From Dipteris shenzhenensis (Eukaryota): DNA of 64,000 bases. Within the stretch, counting starts at the first letter, position 1, and each line of letters begins with the position of its first letter. Shown in pieces: positions 38,570 to 52,039 of the stretch. Where the stretch lies: the NCBI GenBank assembly GCA_047967505.1, contig CM106538.1; one strand, given 5' to 3'. The notes below the pieces were generated by a model. That model had not been told where the DNA came from. It was given only the letters and a program-made list of their open reading frames with translations, and searched no databases. The translations under genes and the position numbers were made by a program.

Positions 38570-40330
38570 ATCTATGTTCTCCATGTCCTCGCTCCCTTCC
38601 ATGCTCCCTTCTGCGCTCCCTTCTGCGCTCCCTTCTCTGCCTCCTTCCTCGTCTTCTTCCTTGTCTTCTTGTGCAGGGACCTGTAAACAAGGGACAACAT
38701 ATATCAATGTATGAAAAATTAAATCCTTACTTATAATATTGACATTATTTAATTACTTTCAAATACCTCGAGGGCCGCTCCAGTAGCCTGGATATACTGC
38801 TCCTCAGTAATGAACCCATCATGATAGAAGTGCTTCCATGTATCTCCTCTGCGATGGTATCAGTGGTAGGCTATCTCAACAGGAGTAGGGTATCTGCGCA
38901 CGATCTCAAGCTGCAAGACGACACAATTTGCAAAGGGGTTAGTACAAAGAAACAACCTCCTAATAAACTACATAAGCAATATAATTTGAGATCGATACTT
39001 ACAAATTGGGCCTCCCATGATTTAACACCCCCTGTTGCAAAATGCACGCTTTCATATTGCTCCATCTGGATCTTTCGTGCCTCCACGTGCTGCAGACTGG
39101 GGTCCTCCCTCGCTGACTTCATTGCTTTCTTCCACTCATGCTTGTGAGCGGTGTGGGGCGGGCCTCTTGGCGGTTGACCTCCCTCGAGCCTGGCAAGCTT
39201 CGCTAGTGCTTGCCTCTTAAGCGAAGATCTTTTATTGCCAAGTATCGTAACAATCTTTGACTTGGCCCATTTATCTGTGAACTGATGATTGGGGGGGTTA
39301 GGATACCTAGAGTGAATAGCAGTGAGGGTCTCATCAGCCAACCTCTTTGGATGGTCTTTGTAGTGGATAAAGCAATCTCTGTAATTAGTAGCAATTACAG
39401 AGTGCATGAAGGCCATGATGTCCTTTCCTCGTGCATCAACCAACCTCGTAGTTGGAGACTGCACGGGACTACGTGGACCACTCATAGCTGGAGAACCGAG
39501 TCTCGACTGCACAGGAGTACACCGACGGCTCTATGAGACAGAAGGACCTCCTAACGGCATGGGGAAGGGGTATAAGATAGCATGGGGGAAGGGGCATAAG
39601 ACAACATGGGGGAAGGGGCATAAGACGGCATGGGAGAAGGGCCTCTACTGTGTAGCCGACTGGGCTGTGCTGACTCTGCTGGGGTAATCTCAGCTGGTGT
39701 GGGGTGGTTTGGAGTCTATAGTGCTGACTCCTGGGGGGTGTTTAGAGTACCCATCATATACCCATATAACTCCACAGAACTAGGAGGGTGCCCTAAAAGG
39801 TTATATAAGTCTCTAAAAATAGACTCCCGGAGATCAGGTGAGCCCAAAGAGCTTCCTGGCCACATGATGAACTGGAAAAAAGAAAAAAAGACGATCACTG
39901 ATGAGCTGAGAAGAAAGGGGAATGGAAGAAAAGATTACTATCGGAAAAGATTACTGTCGAAGTGCATCTGTAGATGCGTCTGAGAAGCACGTCTCTTTTT
40001 GCGTATAATAGCGCATCTATAGATGCGGCTGTCTATGTCTGTAAACAGGCTAGACACACCTGTAGATGCGGTTTTAGATGCGCTCTCAAACACGTCTATA
40101 AACGCGCTCCGATAGATGGACTTCTAAAAGTAGAAAAGGACATGCGGTCGACGCAAAAACGTAACACTGATACCAAAATCATTCGTTTCTTGGATACGAC
40201 AAAGGACAAATCCAAAGAGAGCAACTTCCAAAAAAGATCAACTGTAAAGAGACTTACCTTGGATAGAGGTATGGAAGCTTCTTCTCCTTCTTCAAAGTTG
40301 CTTCTCTTCCTTGTTCACCCTCTTCTCTTG
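38570..40330 (-). pseudogene. TnpA/Ptta-like accessory gene of family 2
   Basis: SRYPNPPNHQFTDKW...HKHEWKKAMK...VHFATGG parallels the family-1 minus-strand gene; GT-AG introns; acidic tail. Confidence 0.7.
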
Positions 40331-40729
40331 TAAGCCTGGAAGTAAGTGTGGGTGCCTTCCTCCTAAGTGTAAGCTTGGAAGTAAGTGTGGGTGCCTTCCT
40401 CTTAAGCATCGAAACTGTGGATCTATTAATAGCAAAGCAAGCAAGCCATGCAAAGTATAAGTAATGTGAAGAAAAGCAAAGCGAGCGCCTTAAAAGTAGA
40501 TTTGAAAACCACATCTATAAGCATGTTTAATAGCACGTCTAAATACGCATGTAATTACGCATCTACGTACATAGAGCAGATGCGGTTTTAGACGCACCTA
40601 TAGATGCACACCACAAAATAGACAGATGCAGTTTTAGACGCGTCTTTAGATGCGCCACAGAGTTTTAAAATTAAATATTTGAAGAAAAGCAAAATTTTAT
40701 GGGTTGTTTGTTTGTAGGATGTATTCATC

Positions 40730-43700
40730 TTCAACAAGTAGCTCCACTGAGGATGAATCCCTCTGTATCCACCATTGCGAAATGTGGTTGGAGCAAAAAA
40801 TCCAATGTATGTGTGATCAATGTCGAGGAAACATGTATCGTGCACGTAGGATTACACTCAATCACATCTCAAAGTATGGAGAATGGGATGCGACCGTAAA
40901 CATGATAAGTGTTAAAGAGTTAAGGTTGATTGAGATACCTATGGGTGTTCATATGTTTGAGTTATGATTCCGTTTTAATTTGATACAGGATGTAGTGCCA
41001 CACCCGCATATGTTGCCCTATGTTCCATGCATGCGTCAATGATTGCGTTTTGTTTCGTGGACTACATAAGGATGCAAGAGAGTGCCCTACTTGTGGAGAG
41101 GCAAGATATAGAGTAGATCTCAAAACTTTGGACGTGCCTCGTAAGGTTCTGCGACATTTTCCCATAATCCCTCACATCCAACATATGTTCAAGTGCAAAT
41201 CCATTGCAGAGCTCATGTCATGGCATTCCTCCCATCGATCAACCGATGGCAAGCGAAGAACTCCCACAGACTCTCCTGCGTGGAAGCATATTGAAGACAC
41301 ATGGCCAAGCTTCAAGGAAGAACCTAGGAGCTTGAGACTTGGATTGGGTATGGATGGTGTGAACCCATTTGGTCTCAAAAGCACCTCTTACAGTGTATGG
41401 CCAGTGATATTGGTGAATTACAATCTTCCACCCTCTATGGCTATTAAGAAAGGACATGTTATGCTGTCCCTTCTAATTCTAGGGAAACATAAAGTCAAAA
41501 ATACTGATGTTTATTTGGAGCCTTTGATTGACGAGCTAGAGATACTTTGGAGAGGTATCGAGGTGCATGATGTGAGTAGGCCTCCCTCATCACGAGACTT
41601 CAACTGCAAAGCAGTCTTGATGTGGATGATGCATGACTTCCCAGGCTATGGCAAGTGTTCAAGTAAGCATTGCACTTCTAATTATGAATAGGCAAAGGAT
41701 GTGGCACCCTAAACCCACCTTCAACTCTAAATTGCATCTATTGTTTAGATCTCACTACATCAGGTTACCATGTATGTCCTGTTTGTGGTCCTTCGCTAGT
41801 TGCCTCGTGGGCAGACGCATTGAATAAGGTCATCTATGAGAATTACCATCGATTTTTCCCACCTGATCATCCTAGATATGTTGCCCCTTGGAATGAAGTC
41901 CTCCCACAATCACTCACTGTGGGAGATTGGATGAGAATTTGGGACAGTGGAAGGGTTTGTAACTATTGTGTGCTATATTGGCTGGAAATAAAGATTACCT
42001 GCTAACACCAGCTTTTGTTTAGATACTCCATCTTTTATCGTTCACCATATTGGTCCCACCTCAAGATCAATTATCTGCTTGATCCCATGTATATCTTCAA
42101 GAATGTGGCATCTACCATTTGGGAGCATTTGAATGGGACACAAGATTCCATAGGCATGAGGGAGGATCTACGTATCACAGGGAGGATGCGTGAAGCTTGG
42201 CCACAAGAGAGACCAAATGGGCATGTTTTTTTACCTCGTGCACCGTGGAGGTTATCAAAGCTAGAGATGGCAGCGGTGAAGCGTGCTATTACTACGATTC
42301 ATACTCCCACTGGATGTATGAGGTGTTTGAAGGGAGCCTTTACAAAGAGCAAGAAAAGAGGTGTAGAGTAATTATATGGCTTGAAATCTCATGATTGGCA
42401 CAAGATGCTCCAAGTAAGTATTTTATGTGCATAATATCTTTTTCCTTTCAAAATTTTGAGTGAACAATTATAAGCAACTAATCAACCACCTCCTCGTGGG
42501 TTCAATTCATACTACCTACTAGCATTTCTCGTAGTGCATCAAAGGATGTGAAGGATTGTATTTACAAGATGGGCGAGCTTGTGAGGTACTTTACATGATA
42601 CAAAATATGATGCGTATCAATGCTCCATGCAAGGTGTTCATATTGCTAATATGGTGTACTTTTTCATTTCTAGGTATGTGAGCTCAAAGGAAATAGATCC
42701 CACCACGCTTGAGAATGCTCGAGTTATGTCAGTGGAGGTGGTTTGTTTAGTGGAGGAGACATTTCCACGTTCTATTCTCACAAGCCAACTACATCTTATA
42801 GTGCATTTGGTGGATGACATAGCTATATGCAGTACTATACATGCACGATGGTTGTTCTTCCTTGAGCACTACATGAAGACCTTGAAGGGCTTCGTGAGAC
42901 AAAATGCAAGACCCGAAGGTAGCATGGTCAAGGGTTAGTTGGTACAAGAGTCACTTGTATATATTTTTGAGTTTCTTATTGATGTGGATAGCTCTCTCCC
43001 ACGACTATGGAGAGATGATAAAGAGCTAAGGATGACCTCTATTGTGCCTCAAGGAAAAGGACGCAACAACTTTAATAGACACAAGGTTGCATAATCGTAT
43101 CAACCTCTATTGTGTGCTTAATAGTGATGTGATGAAAAGATGGGTGACAAGATACGAGGATGCAAAGGCAAGAAGACAAGAAGAAAGGGCCCTCTTTCGT
43201 ACACACCACGGATCTCGTGTGCCATACCCTCAGTATCTAAGAGCACTTCCAAAGGATATTCATATGGATTGGCTACTTGATGAAATGGAGAAAGCAGAGA
43301 AAGACGAGGGGATGCATATCACAATGGAAGAATGGGAGTATGCTAGGGGATGCATGCGGTATATAGAATGTTATGCATAAGTTAGGACCTTTTAGTAATT
43401 TAGATTGCTTATTTAATTGATTTTTTCTTGGTGTAGTGCACTATGTTCAATGCTATATGGTGTGAGGGCAAGCATTTTTGAACACAACGGATTGATGATA
43501 AGGGAAACACACAAGACTGTGGCATCATTGCTAGCTTTGAGGGAGCCAATGGAGCCATGGATGATTAATGTAGCATAATCCAAGATATTATTAAGCTTGA
43601 CTTTCGAAGCTTCTTTGCATATGTTTTGGATGTAAAGTGGTTTAAGGATGTGGACGTGGAAAGAGGCCCTAATGCAACAATCAAATGCCATGCAAGTGGC

Positions 43701-44227
43701 TTTGTAACTATTGACTCCACAAAGTTTTGGCAAAGTAGGAAGGACAGACTAGTACTACCGCAACAATGTGAATAGGTATTGTGCACACATATAAAAATAC
43801 TCTCTTTTAAATATTTGATACCTTCGATGTAAGGAAAATAACATGATTGTATTTGTGTTTGAATTATGTTGTCTATCAACCAATGGTGGATAATAATAGA
43901 TGGTGGCATGTCATACCTTTTATGCCACATTCCAAAGTGATGTATAGTATATTTACTAATATGGAGCATATGGAGGATGATCATGGCCATGGACGTGATG
44001 ATGACCGTGATACAAGAGAGGAGGATGATCATGAGATAGGAGATATAGATACTGAGGCCATTACCTGTGAGGATGAGCCTACCATTAGTGATGCTGATTT
44101 CGATGAGCACATGAGTAGCACAAGTAGTAGTGGATTGAATGTATTTGTAGATCTAAACACTTGTTTGGATTTTGAAGTAGATAGTTTGGCAAGGGTTGAT
44201 CTCATTGAGGATGAGATTGAACCGTAG
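40730..44227 (+). pseudogene. CACTA TNP2/TnpD transposase, family 2, disrupted
   Basis: HACVNDCVLF, CPTCGEARY, LGLGMDGVNPFG, WMMHDFPG, LLDPMYIFKNV, GLKSHDWHK, EHYMKTLKGFVRQNARPEGSM. Confidence 0.95.
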
Positions 44228-45197
44228 CCCATCATTGATATTGGCAAAACTATTTTACATATTGTCTCATTCTCCTCACCTCACTTAATTCTTGTATATG
44301 TGGGCTTGCAAAAAAACATTGATGTTTTTGTTAAAATTATGTGCTTTGGTAATCATGGGCAATGTTTGGAAAAGAAGTGATGTACACCAAAATCTCTTTC
44401 TGTATTCTCTATTTTGCATCTAAATATGCGTCTAATTCTCAGTGTAAACGTGCTAATAGACATGCTAATATACATGCAAATAGACATGTTGACAAATGCA
44501 GTGTTAGATGGGCCCGTATTTTCTCAGTGTAGACATGCAAATAGATGTGTCAATACATGCACAAATAGATGAGCTGTTAGATGCGCTATTAGATGCGCCC
44601 GTAATTCTCTATTCAAGCAACGCCTATAGACGCGCCCACTATTTTGCACGTCTATCAAGCGCATCTATAGTTGCTTTGTGTTGTTGTGTTACTTGAAGAA
44701 TAAGCTTTGTAATAAGCTAGATGATAACTTAGATCTTAGCTTGAGATTATACTCTTGTTCTTATGATGTTAGTAGCTTTCCGTATGATATAGCATTAGCA
44801 CTCTGGAAGTCAAGCTGTAAAAGAAAAGGCTATAATTAGCTTTTTTGGACTATTTAAACTTGACTTTCTTCCCCCATTGGACTTGAAGGATATTCATTAT
44901 CCTTAAACAATTTTATGTTTTGCATACTCTACAGTATCCTAAATGCTAGCTATTTCATGTATTTTGAGATTATGTAAAATGAAAAGACAGAGTTTTCCAT
45001 ATAACTAGTTTTTAGTATATTTGTGAAAATTGAAAGTTTTTTTAAATGCCCTAGAATATTTAGCCAAGTTTTGAAACAAAAATTATAACAAAAGATATAA
45101 TTTTCCAATTCTTTGAAACTTTTAAAAATAATTTATAAAAAAATTTGCCAGTATATTATAATACTATATTTCTATACCTTCGATAAAAACGTCCCTG

Positions 45198-45372
45198 ATG
45201 TGGACTTGCCATGATACCTCGATCGAGGTATAGGTGTCTTGCCAGGATACCTCGATCGAGGTATAGGCTCAGTTTGGTGGAGTAAAGTGGAGGACCTCGA
45301 TTGAGGTATTCGCTTGGTTCAGTTGTCCTCATCTGCGAATTTCATTGGAGACAATACCTTGATCGAGGTATT
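45198..45372. repeat. Array of 18-bp palindromes ATACCTCGATCGAGGTAT, part 2
   Basis: Four exact or near copies directly after the hAT right terminus. Confidence 0.9.
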
Positions 45373-45469
45373 TCACACCAAAGCAAAACCTTTGTATTTT
45401 CACTCGAGGGGGTGTCACACTCCCTCGCAAGTGGTCTAGAAGTGGACATCCTTGGCTTGCTACCTCCTT

Positions 45470-46699
45470 GGGCACAATTTACGAGAGTTAGATAAAGTGC
45501 ATGCAATATGTAGTAAAACAAATAGAACAATAGATTAAATGAGAAGAAGTAGACTTACCATGGTTGCCTCGAATGCCAACCGTTTGCCTGCACCAAAGTG
45601 CGAAGTACCTATGGAGTCCAGCCATCTCCTCGCAACCCTCCTCTAACCCTTGAATATTTTGAGATGGTCCCTGTTCCGCTTCTTGAAAAACTTCCAATTA
45701 GCTTTGTCTACCCAGCTGGGTTTAGCCTTCCCCTTTGCAATGGAAGTACCCAAGGTTGACCTACGATGCTTCAAGACCAAACCCATGCACTCTCACATGT
45801 AATTCTCATTGAACTACCAATTTGGGGGGTTAGGGTATTTTCTTTTCAATTCATCGATGACTGCCTGCTTCTTTTGGTCATCTTGGTACTGCCAGTCAGT
45901 AGTTATGCTGCTCTTGAAGTAGTGGCTCATCAACTGCCTCATGGTGGCCATCACTGTTGCACCCTTTTTTATCTTCTATTATCTCTCTAGTAGCCGTGAT
46001 TTGATAGGACAGGTCCTCGATCGGGTAAGGAGGACTCATGACATCATATAGGAGGAAGATGGAGATCACAATATTAAGGAAGAAGATGATGATAATCAAG
46101 AATCACCACACTTTATTGAAGAAGATGATCAAGTACTCTTAGGTGAACATATGATGCTAGAGTATGATGATGATATAGGGGATCAACTCGGTATAGAGTT
46201 AGAGATAGACTTGTTTGGCACGTTAGACTTGGCTCTGAAACTATTGATGTAAATGCTCTTCATTGATTTTTTTCATCTCAAACTTAGACATGAATATATG
46301 AGCTTCAAAGGCTTGATGTATATGCTCTTGTACTTTTATTCTCTCAAAGGCTCAAACATATATGAAAAGGAAAAAAAAATTGTCATTGGGAAAAGCTATC
46401 TTTTAAGGTCGGTATGGGAGAAAACACTCTCTATAAAACATCGCTATAGGAAACTATCTCAGTGTCGCTATATAGCGACCATTCACAAGTCTAATAAGTG
46501 TCGCTATATAGTGACCATTTACAAGTCTAATAAGTGTCACTATATATAGTGATGCTCTTTAAACGTCGCGATATAGCGATGTTTGCCTAAAGTCGCTATA
46601 TAGCAATACTTAACAAATCCCGATTTGGTTATCAGATGATTAGCATGCATGCTAAACGTCAGTGCTTAAGAATCAGAATAGGGCCCGTGTGTAGTAGTG
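45470..46699 (+). mobile_element. Family-1 CACTA deletion derivative, right portion
   Basis: Homologous to ~19729-20295 fused to ~28262-28879; ends GTGTAGTAGTG at 46699. Confidence 0.9.
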
Positions 46700-49600
46700 T
46701 ATTGGTGGTGATAATGGAGAAGTTGTAGAAGGTGGTGGAGATGATAGAGTTAAAGGAGAAGGTTATGGAGTCATGTTGGTGATAGTGAGAGTAGTGTCTT
46801 TTTTCTTTGTATGTAAAGAATCATCCTATTACTAAAAGAAGAAAATAGTCATACCAATGCATATAATAAACAGTCTCAAATATGGCTCAAACTACAAAAA
46901 GAATCGAAGAGCAAAGTTGGAAGAATTTACAAGAGATAAGATCTTACAAGTAGAAAAAACACTTTCAAATGGGAAATCCCCATGCTCCACCTTCAAATCT
47001 CATAGAGATAACATCATGCTAGCATTGAACACTTTCCTTGTTGTCTCTCTTGCAAATCTAGCTAAGAATTACTTATGATAATCTACTTTTTAAATATGGA
47101 ATGTGCTCTCTAGACTTTGAAACTGATGATACCTTTAACTTCCCATACTCGTGCCATTCATGACAATTATTATGAGAATCAAGTCTAGATATGTAGATCA
47201 TACCATTAGTTTACATAATAAACAATAATTTCTAGCTAGTAGTTTCTCTCTATCCTTCACGTGCCATTACCAGTCTCCATGGTTAAAGTCTCTTTTAAAT
47301 CATCAATTATGACTTGGTTCATGTTGTTAGCCATATCTATTGCACTATAATGTGGAAACAACGATGTGGGTCTCGGAAAGCATGCAAAGTTTGTGAGCTC
47401 AGGAGGTCCTCGCTGTCGATGCCATTATAGTGGGGATTGTTGTGAAACATGAGATGGGTAGGGCAAAATCTACCACCACATATGAGAGTAATTCTTCACT
47501 CACTCAATTGAGGCTCTTTACAGACTGCCACAAAACAATTGCTACATGAATTGTTAACACGTGCTAACAATTTCCCACTCCATAGCAACCACACAAACTT
47601 GCCAGTCTAAAACGCACTTCCTACCGTGATTTTGCCCTTACCAAGATAGAGTTTCCTCCCCTCTGTCCTGCCCACTCAGCCCCTCTCTCCCTCTCCTCTC
47701 CCTCCTCTTTTGAGAGATGTGAGCAGTTTTCTAATTTTGTTGGAGGACCATGCGCCCGGCACATTGTTCATTCATTAGGTGCTCGGTGTGTAATGGGCTG
47801 CCCGCATTGCTCAAGAGATGCTGAAATAGCTTATGTTCTCCCAAGCTAAGGACTCTTCCCAAGCCATCCATGTAGGAAGCAAGGTTTGCAATCTAGGCAT
47901 TCTATGGTGTAATGGGTTGGCCACCCGCTTTCCCATTGTTACAATGGCCGCCTAGTGACAAGCACAATTCAATTTATAAACAACTTTAGGTAGGATTCAC
48001 AAACAATTGCCCATGGCTCTGGAATATGACCGTACTTCCACATGGTAATCTTTAATAGGCCATTCCTTTTGATGTCACTAGAGAATTTAATGGGCAACCT
48101 TCCCATGCTGCCCAAGGTGCGCACATCTAAAAAAGTGGGCCATTGAACAAAGAATCCTTTATTAGCTCAAGAAACAATGTTCATAGTTCATCAAACACTA
48201 TGTAAAGCAAATAGTGCCCAATGGCTATAACGTCAGGAGGATGTGCAGACATTTGTGAATCCTACCCTGATTTGGTTTGCAAAACCCTTTCACACCTTAA
48301 CAAGGCTTGCCATGGAGCAACAACATCTCATGGGATTTTTGCGTTCACCCATGTGAGCTAGTTATCCAAGTGGTATGCCCCTCATAGATTGTCATGTGTG
48401 TGAGAGGTAGAATCTTTTTTATATGTTGCTATTCATGAGATCGTCAACACATGGCCACCTTAGTCAACCAAGTGGGTTCCCAACCTGTGGCATGAATCTC
48501 ACAAAGAAACATTTCTTGAAGCTCCGGAGGCAAATTTCAAAGTCCAAGGTTGATTATGAGGTGCACATCTGGAACAAGGTTCTAAAAATAGAGCAATCAC
48601 TTGAGTTTAGCTCAATCACTCAGAAGCTTAAGGTTCAATAGAGGTGGTCAGACACTCGATCAATAAATAAGAGTGCAAGCTGCAATGAGATAATTGTGCA
48701 TGCATACATAGTCTATTATTGTGCATGAGTGCAAGTAGAGCATGTCTACTTGTATAAAGTTTACAGGTCACAATGCCCAAGAATATACATGAGAAATCAA
48801 TATAGGATGTATTTTCTTGATTTCTCGCATTCAATTGTAAGTTGCACACAATTATCCCACACATGGAAATCTTTCATACGCTTTTGCATCTATTTGATAG
48901 CATGAACAAGTATTTACATTGACGTCTATTCCTCCCCATGAGTGCATGAGGTTCTATCACATATGAGAAGCTTGAATGAGTTAGGTTTGTACTCATGCTG
49001 AGAGAACATGAGGACAATTCCATCAATATTGCTCCCCACCCTCAGGACCATGATGTGGCCACAAGCTCCCAGGCATAGCGCTCAAGTTCAAATTGAGTGT
49101 TGATCCTTGTGCAATGAGCAACCTCACATCAACTGAGCTATAGCTCTATGGGAACCAAACAACAAGCACCCTTGTAGAGCCTACAATTTAGTGCTTCCAA
49201 AAGATCCCCCTAGAACACATCATCTCCAACTCTAAGCAAGTGAAATTTGAGCCAGCAAAACTTGACTCCCTAAGGATGGAGTTCCTCAAGAAGTAAGCAC
49301 AACCAACCAGATGCCAAGCCACTTCCCTTAGCCTTGGATGTGCTCTTACATGAAGCACTGCCCCTCTCTAAGCTAAGGCACGATTCCTACATTTTGGACA
49401 CCAAGTTTTTGTGGCCCCCACCAACCAAATTGCATCCCAAATAGAAGGGTTGATGGGGGGTTGGATGGCTAATGTGGGTATGGTATTGGGTTGGGAACGT
49501 TGGCAGATTAGGGGGTTGCTTGATTCATCCTTTCTTCCACTATCACCTTTTGCTCATTCATCAATGTGCATCCCTAAAGTGAGCTAGGAGAGAGGGGATT

Positions 49601-50399
49601 ACAACATGTTATGTATCCCCACAAACATTGGATTATATTAGGACAATCTCTAGGGACATATCTTACCTTCCTTAGCACTCCACAATGACATCTAGAGGTG
49701 CATGTAGCTAGGAGAGGTCTTGCTCATATGGGACTTCAATGCCAAGACCAACGATGTGTGTGTGTGTGTGTGTGTAAAAATAGCAAGAGATTATGTCCCC
49801 CTATACATTGATACATACATTTAAGTATTTGCATGTGGCATTTTAGTTTAGTTCATTTCTTCTTATTTCTTGTCATAAATCTGTAGAATCTTCCACTATA
49901 CAAGATTGTAAGACTGGATACATGGCTTAAGTGTACTAAATGTATGAGAATGCTTGAGGGGTAGATTTATATTTAAAGCCTCTATTGACTAGCAAGTTCG
50001 TTGCATTGTGATAACTTTCTAAATTTCTAAAGGTATGGAAGTAGATGATGAAATTAAAGTTAGATTTTCACACACACACACAACTAAATATGTGACTTAC
50101 TGCATATTCACTACTCTAGCTCTATTCATTAATTTAGTTGAATTTTTACCTACTTTTTGCCATTTTAATCATTTGATTCTTCTTGCTAAGAATCTACTTG
50201 TTGCTTATGTTTACCTATGTATGTAGTGTCCTTCCTTGTCCTTGTTGAAGATAGAAGCATGAAGAGATATATCCCTATTATATATGACTTGATGAGGGGT
50301 AGACATAGTGCTGGTGATGGGCCTACCATAGGCTTAAGTTAGCCAAATGTACGTTGGATATAAGGGCATAAGTCTTCTTGATTGCACGTCTACTTTTGG

Positions 50400-50680
50400 T
50401 GCTTAATTTTATAGATCTAGCCAAATTTTTAAATTGTATAAATAATATGTTGGCGAAAGTTTCCAAATATATTTATTTATTATATAAAACTTTGGCGAAT
50501 TTTCATGGACTTTATTTATAATTTTATAATCTTAAAGGCTAAACCTAGCTCTTTTTTTAATTTTAGTTTCAAATTGTGGCGAATATACTAAGCTTTTATT
50601 TTTATAAAAGCATATAAACTTTCACAAGCCATATAAAACTTTTGCTTATTAACGAAACTAACTTGAAAAAATCATCCTTG
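50400..50680 (-). mobile_element. Probable left end of the hAT element, inverted
   Basis: Minus strand CAAGGATGATTTTTTCAAG resembles the right-end TIR CAGGGACGTTTTTATCGAAG; TTCGCCA-like subterminal motifs; flank GTCCACAT is the reverse complement of ATGTGGAC at 45198. Confidence 0.7.
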
Positions 50681-51200
50681 GTCCACATACCTCGATCAAG
50701 GTATCGTGGATAGATGGCATGGGTCATGTCAAATACCACGATCGAGGTATCTGCTGGTGTCTGACATGGCAGTTGACATACCTCGATCGAGGTACCATGG
50801 CAAGTCCACATACCTCGATCGTGGTATGCTCGATCCATGACATGGCCATACATCAAATACCACGATCGAGGTATGTGGCATCCGACATGTACTACGCTGG
50901 CAGCTGATATACCTCGATCGAGGTATGCTGGGCTAATGTGTATGTGGCATGCCAAATACCACGATCGAGGTATGTGGCATCCGACATGTATTGTGCTGGA
51001 AACTGAGATACCTCGATTGAGGTATCGTGGCATGTCTATACCTCGATCGAGGTATGATGTACCGATGTGTATGTGGCATGTGAAATACCACAATCGAGGT
51101 ATATGGCATCACAAGTGGTATGCTAGACCGATGATGTATGTGGCATGTTCAATACCACGATCGAGGTACGTGGCATCCCAATACCTTGATCGTGGTATTG
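50681..51200. repeat. Array of 18-bp palindromes ATACC(T/A)CGATCGAGGTAT, part 1
   Basis: About a dozen copies separated by short, mutually related spacers (GTGGCATCCGACATGTA etc.). Confidence 0.93.
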
Positions 51201-51339
51201 AAACCCTAAATTTTTGTATATAAAGAGAGGGACCCCCTCATTCTTCAAACCTCGATCTATAGGAATATCTAATTTAATTATAAAATATTTCAAAATTTAA
51301 AATGCATTTTAAAGTTTTTTAAAATTATTTTTTAATTAC

Positions 51340-51880
51340 GTAAGTTTTTATTTAAAATGCGAAAACATATATATTTTGTTTTTTAAAATCATCTATTAAA
51401 AAAAAAGAGATAAAAGTAGTTTTTCTGTTATTTTTTGAATTAGTGATTTTTTTATTTAAATAAAAAAACGTTTAAATTTTAGTTTTTAAAATTATCTTTA
51501 AAAAAAAACTAAAATAAGAGTTTAAAGTAGCTTTTATATTATTTAAGTTAGTGAAGTTTTTATTTAAATGTCAAAACGTATATATTTTGTTTTTTAAAAT
51601 CATCTATTAAAAAAAAAAGAGATTAAAGTAGTTTTTATGTTATTTTTTAAAATAGTGAAGTTTTGAATTAAATATAAAAACGTTTAAATTTTCTTTTTAG
51701 AAATCATCTATTAAAAAAAAGAAAATAAGAGTTTAAAGTAGCTTTTATATTATTTTTCAAGTTAGTGAAGTTTTTATTTAAATGTCAAGACATATATATT
51801 TTGTTTTTTAAAATTATCTATTTCGTTTATTTTAAAAAAGAGATTAAAGTAGTTTTTATATTATTTTTCAAATTAGGGAA
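51340..51880. repeat. AT-rich tandem repeat, ~215-bp unit of two related halves
   Basis: TTAGTGAAGTTTT...AAAATCATCTATTAAAAAAAA...AAAGTAG recurs. Confidence 0.8.
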
Positions 51881-52039
51881 GTGTAAATACCAAGACTTAT
51901 GTGATTCCATGAAACCTTGTCATGAGCTTTTGCAAAAATGCAATCAAAATTGGCTAGCTAAAAGTTTTCATTACACAAATAGATTATTAAGTCCCATTGA
52001 ATATAATATTAATTTTCATTACCCAAATAGAATATTAAT

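Larger units (their letters stand above)
37906..44688 (+). mobile_element. Complete CACTA-superfamily element, family 2, with CACAA termini
   Basis: Left CACAACAAGACAAAG, right CTTTGTGTTGTTGTG (14/15 TIR match); TTA TSD at 37903-37905 and 44689-44691; removing it restores the hAT reading frame. Confidence 0.96.
36140..45197 (+). mobile_element. hAT transposon body with disrupted transposase and right TIR
   Basis: FSVSLDEYT, CDGASV, IHCMAHRTNLA, DTRWISL, GSVEDERCFSTLGY|LKNKLCNKLDDNLD...WKSSCKRKG (resumes after 44688, stop near 44839); terminus AAAAACGTCCCTG at 45197. Confidence 0.92.

Noticed and set aside
44827-44850. GGCTA as a MULE-like terminus shared with 50537
   Set aside because: It is the end of the hAT coding sequence (KGYN*); the real boundary is the TIR at 45197.
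49580-49755. LINE endonuclease fragment (VLLIWDFNAKT); similar weak LINE-like hints near 12900-13100 and 16000-16300
   Set aside because: Too short and degenerate to assign boundaries or family by eye.
50681-51200. CRISPR-like repeat-spacer array
   Set aside because: Spacers are short, uneven and related to each other; there are no cas genes and the context is eukaryotic transposon DNA.
50602-51223. ORFs with repeated YHDRG/PRSRY peptides
   Set aside because: They are translations of the palindrome array on both strands.
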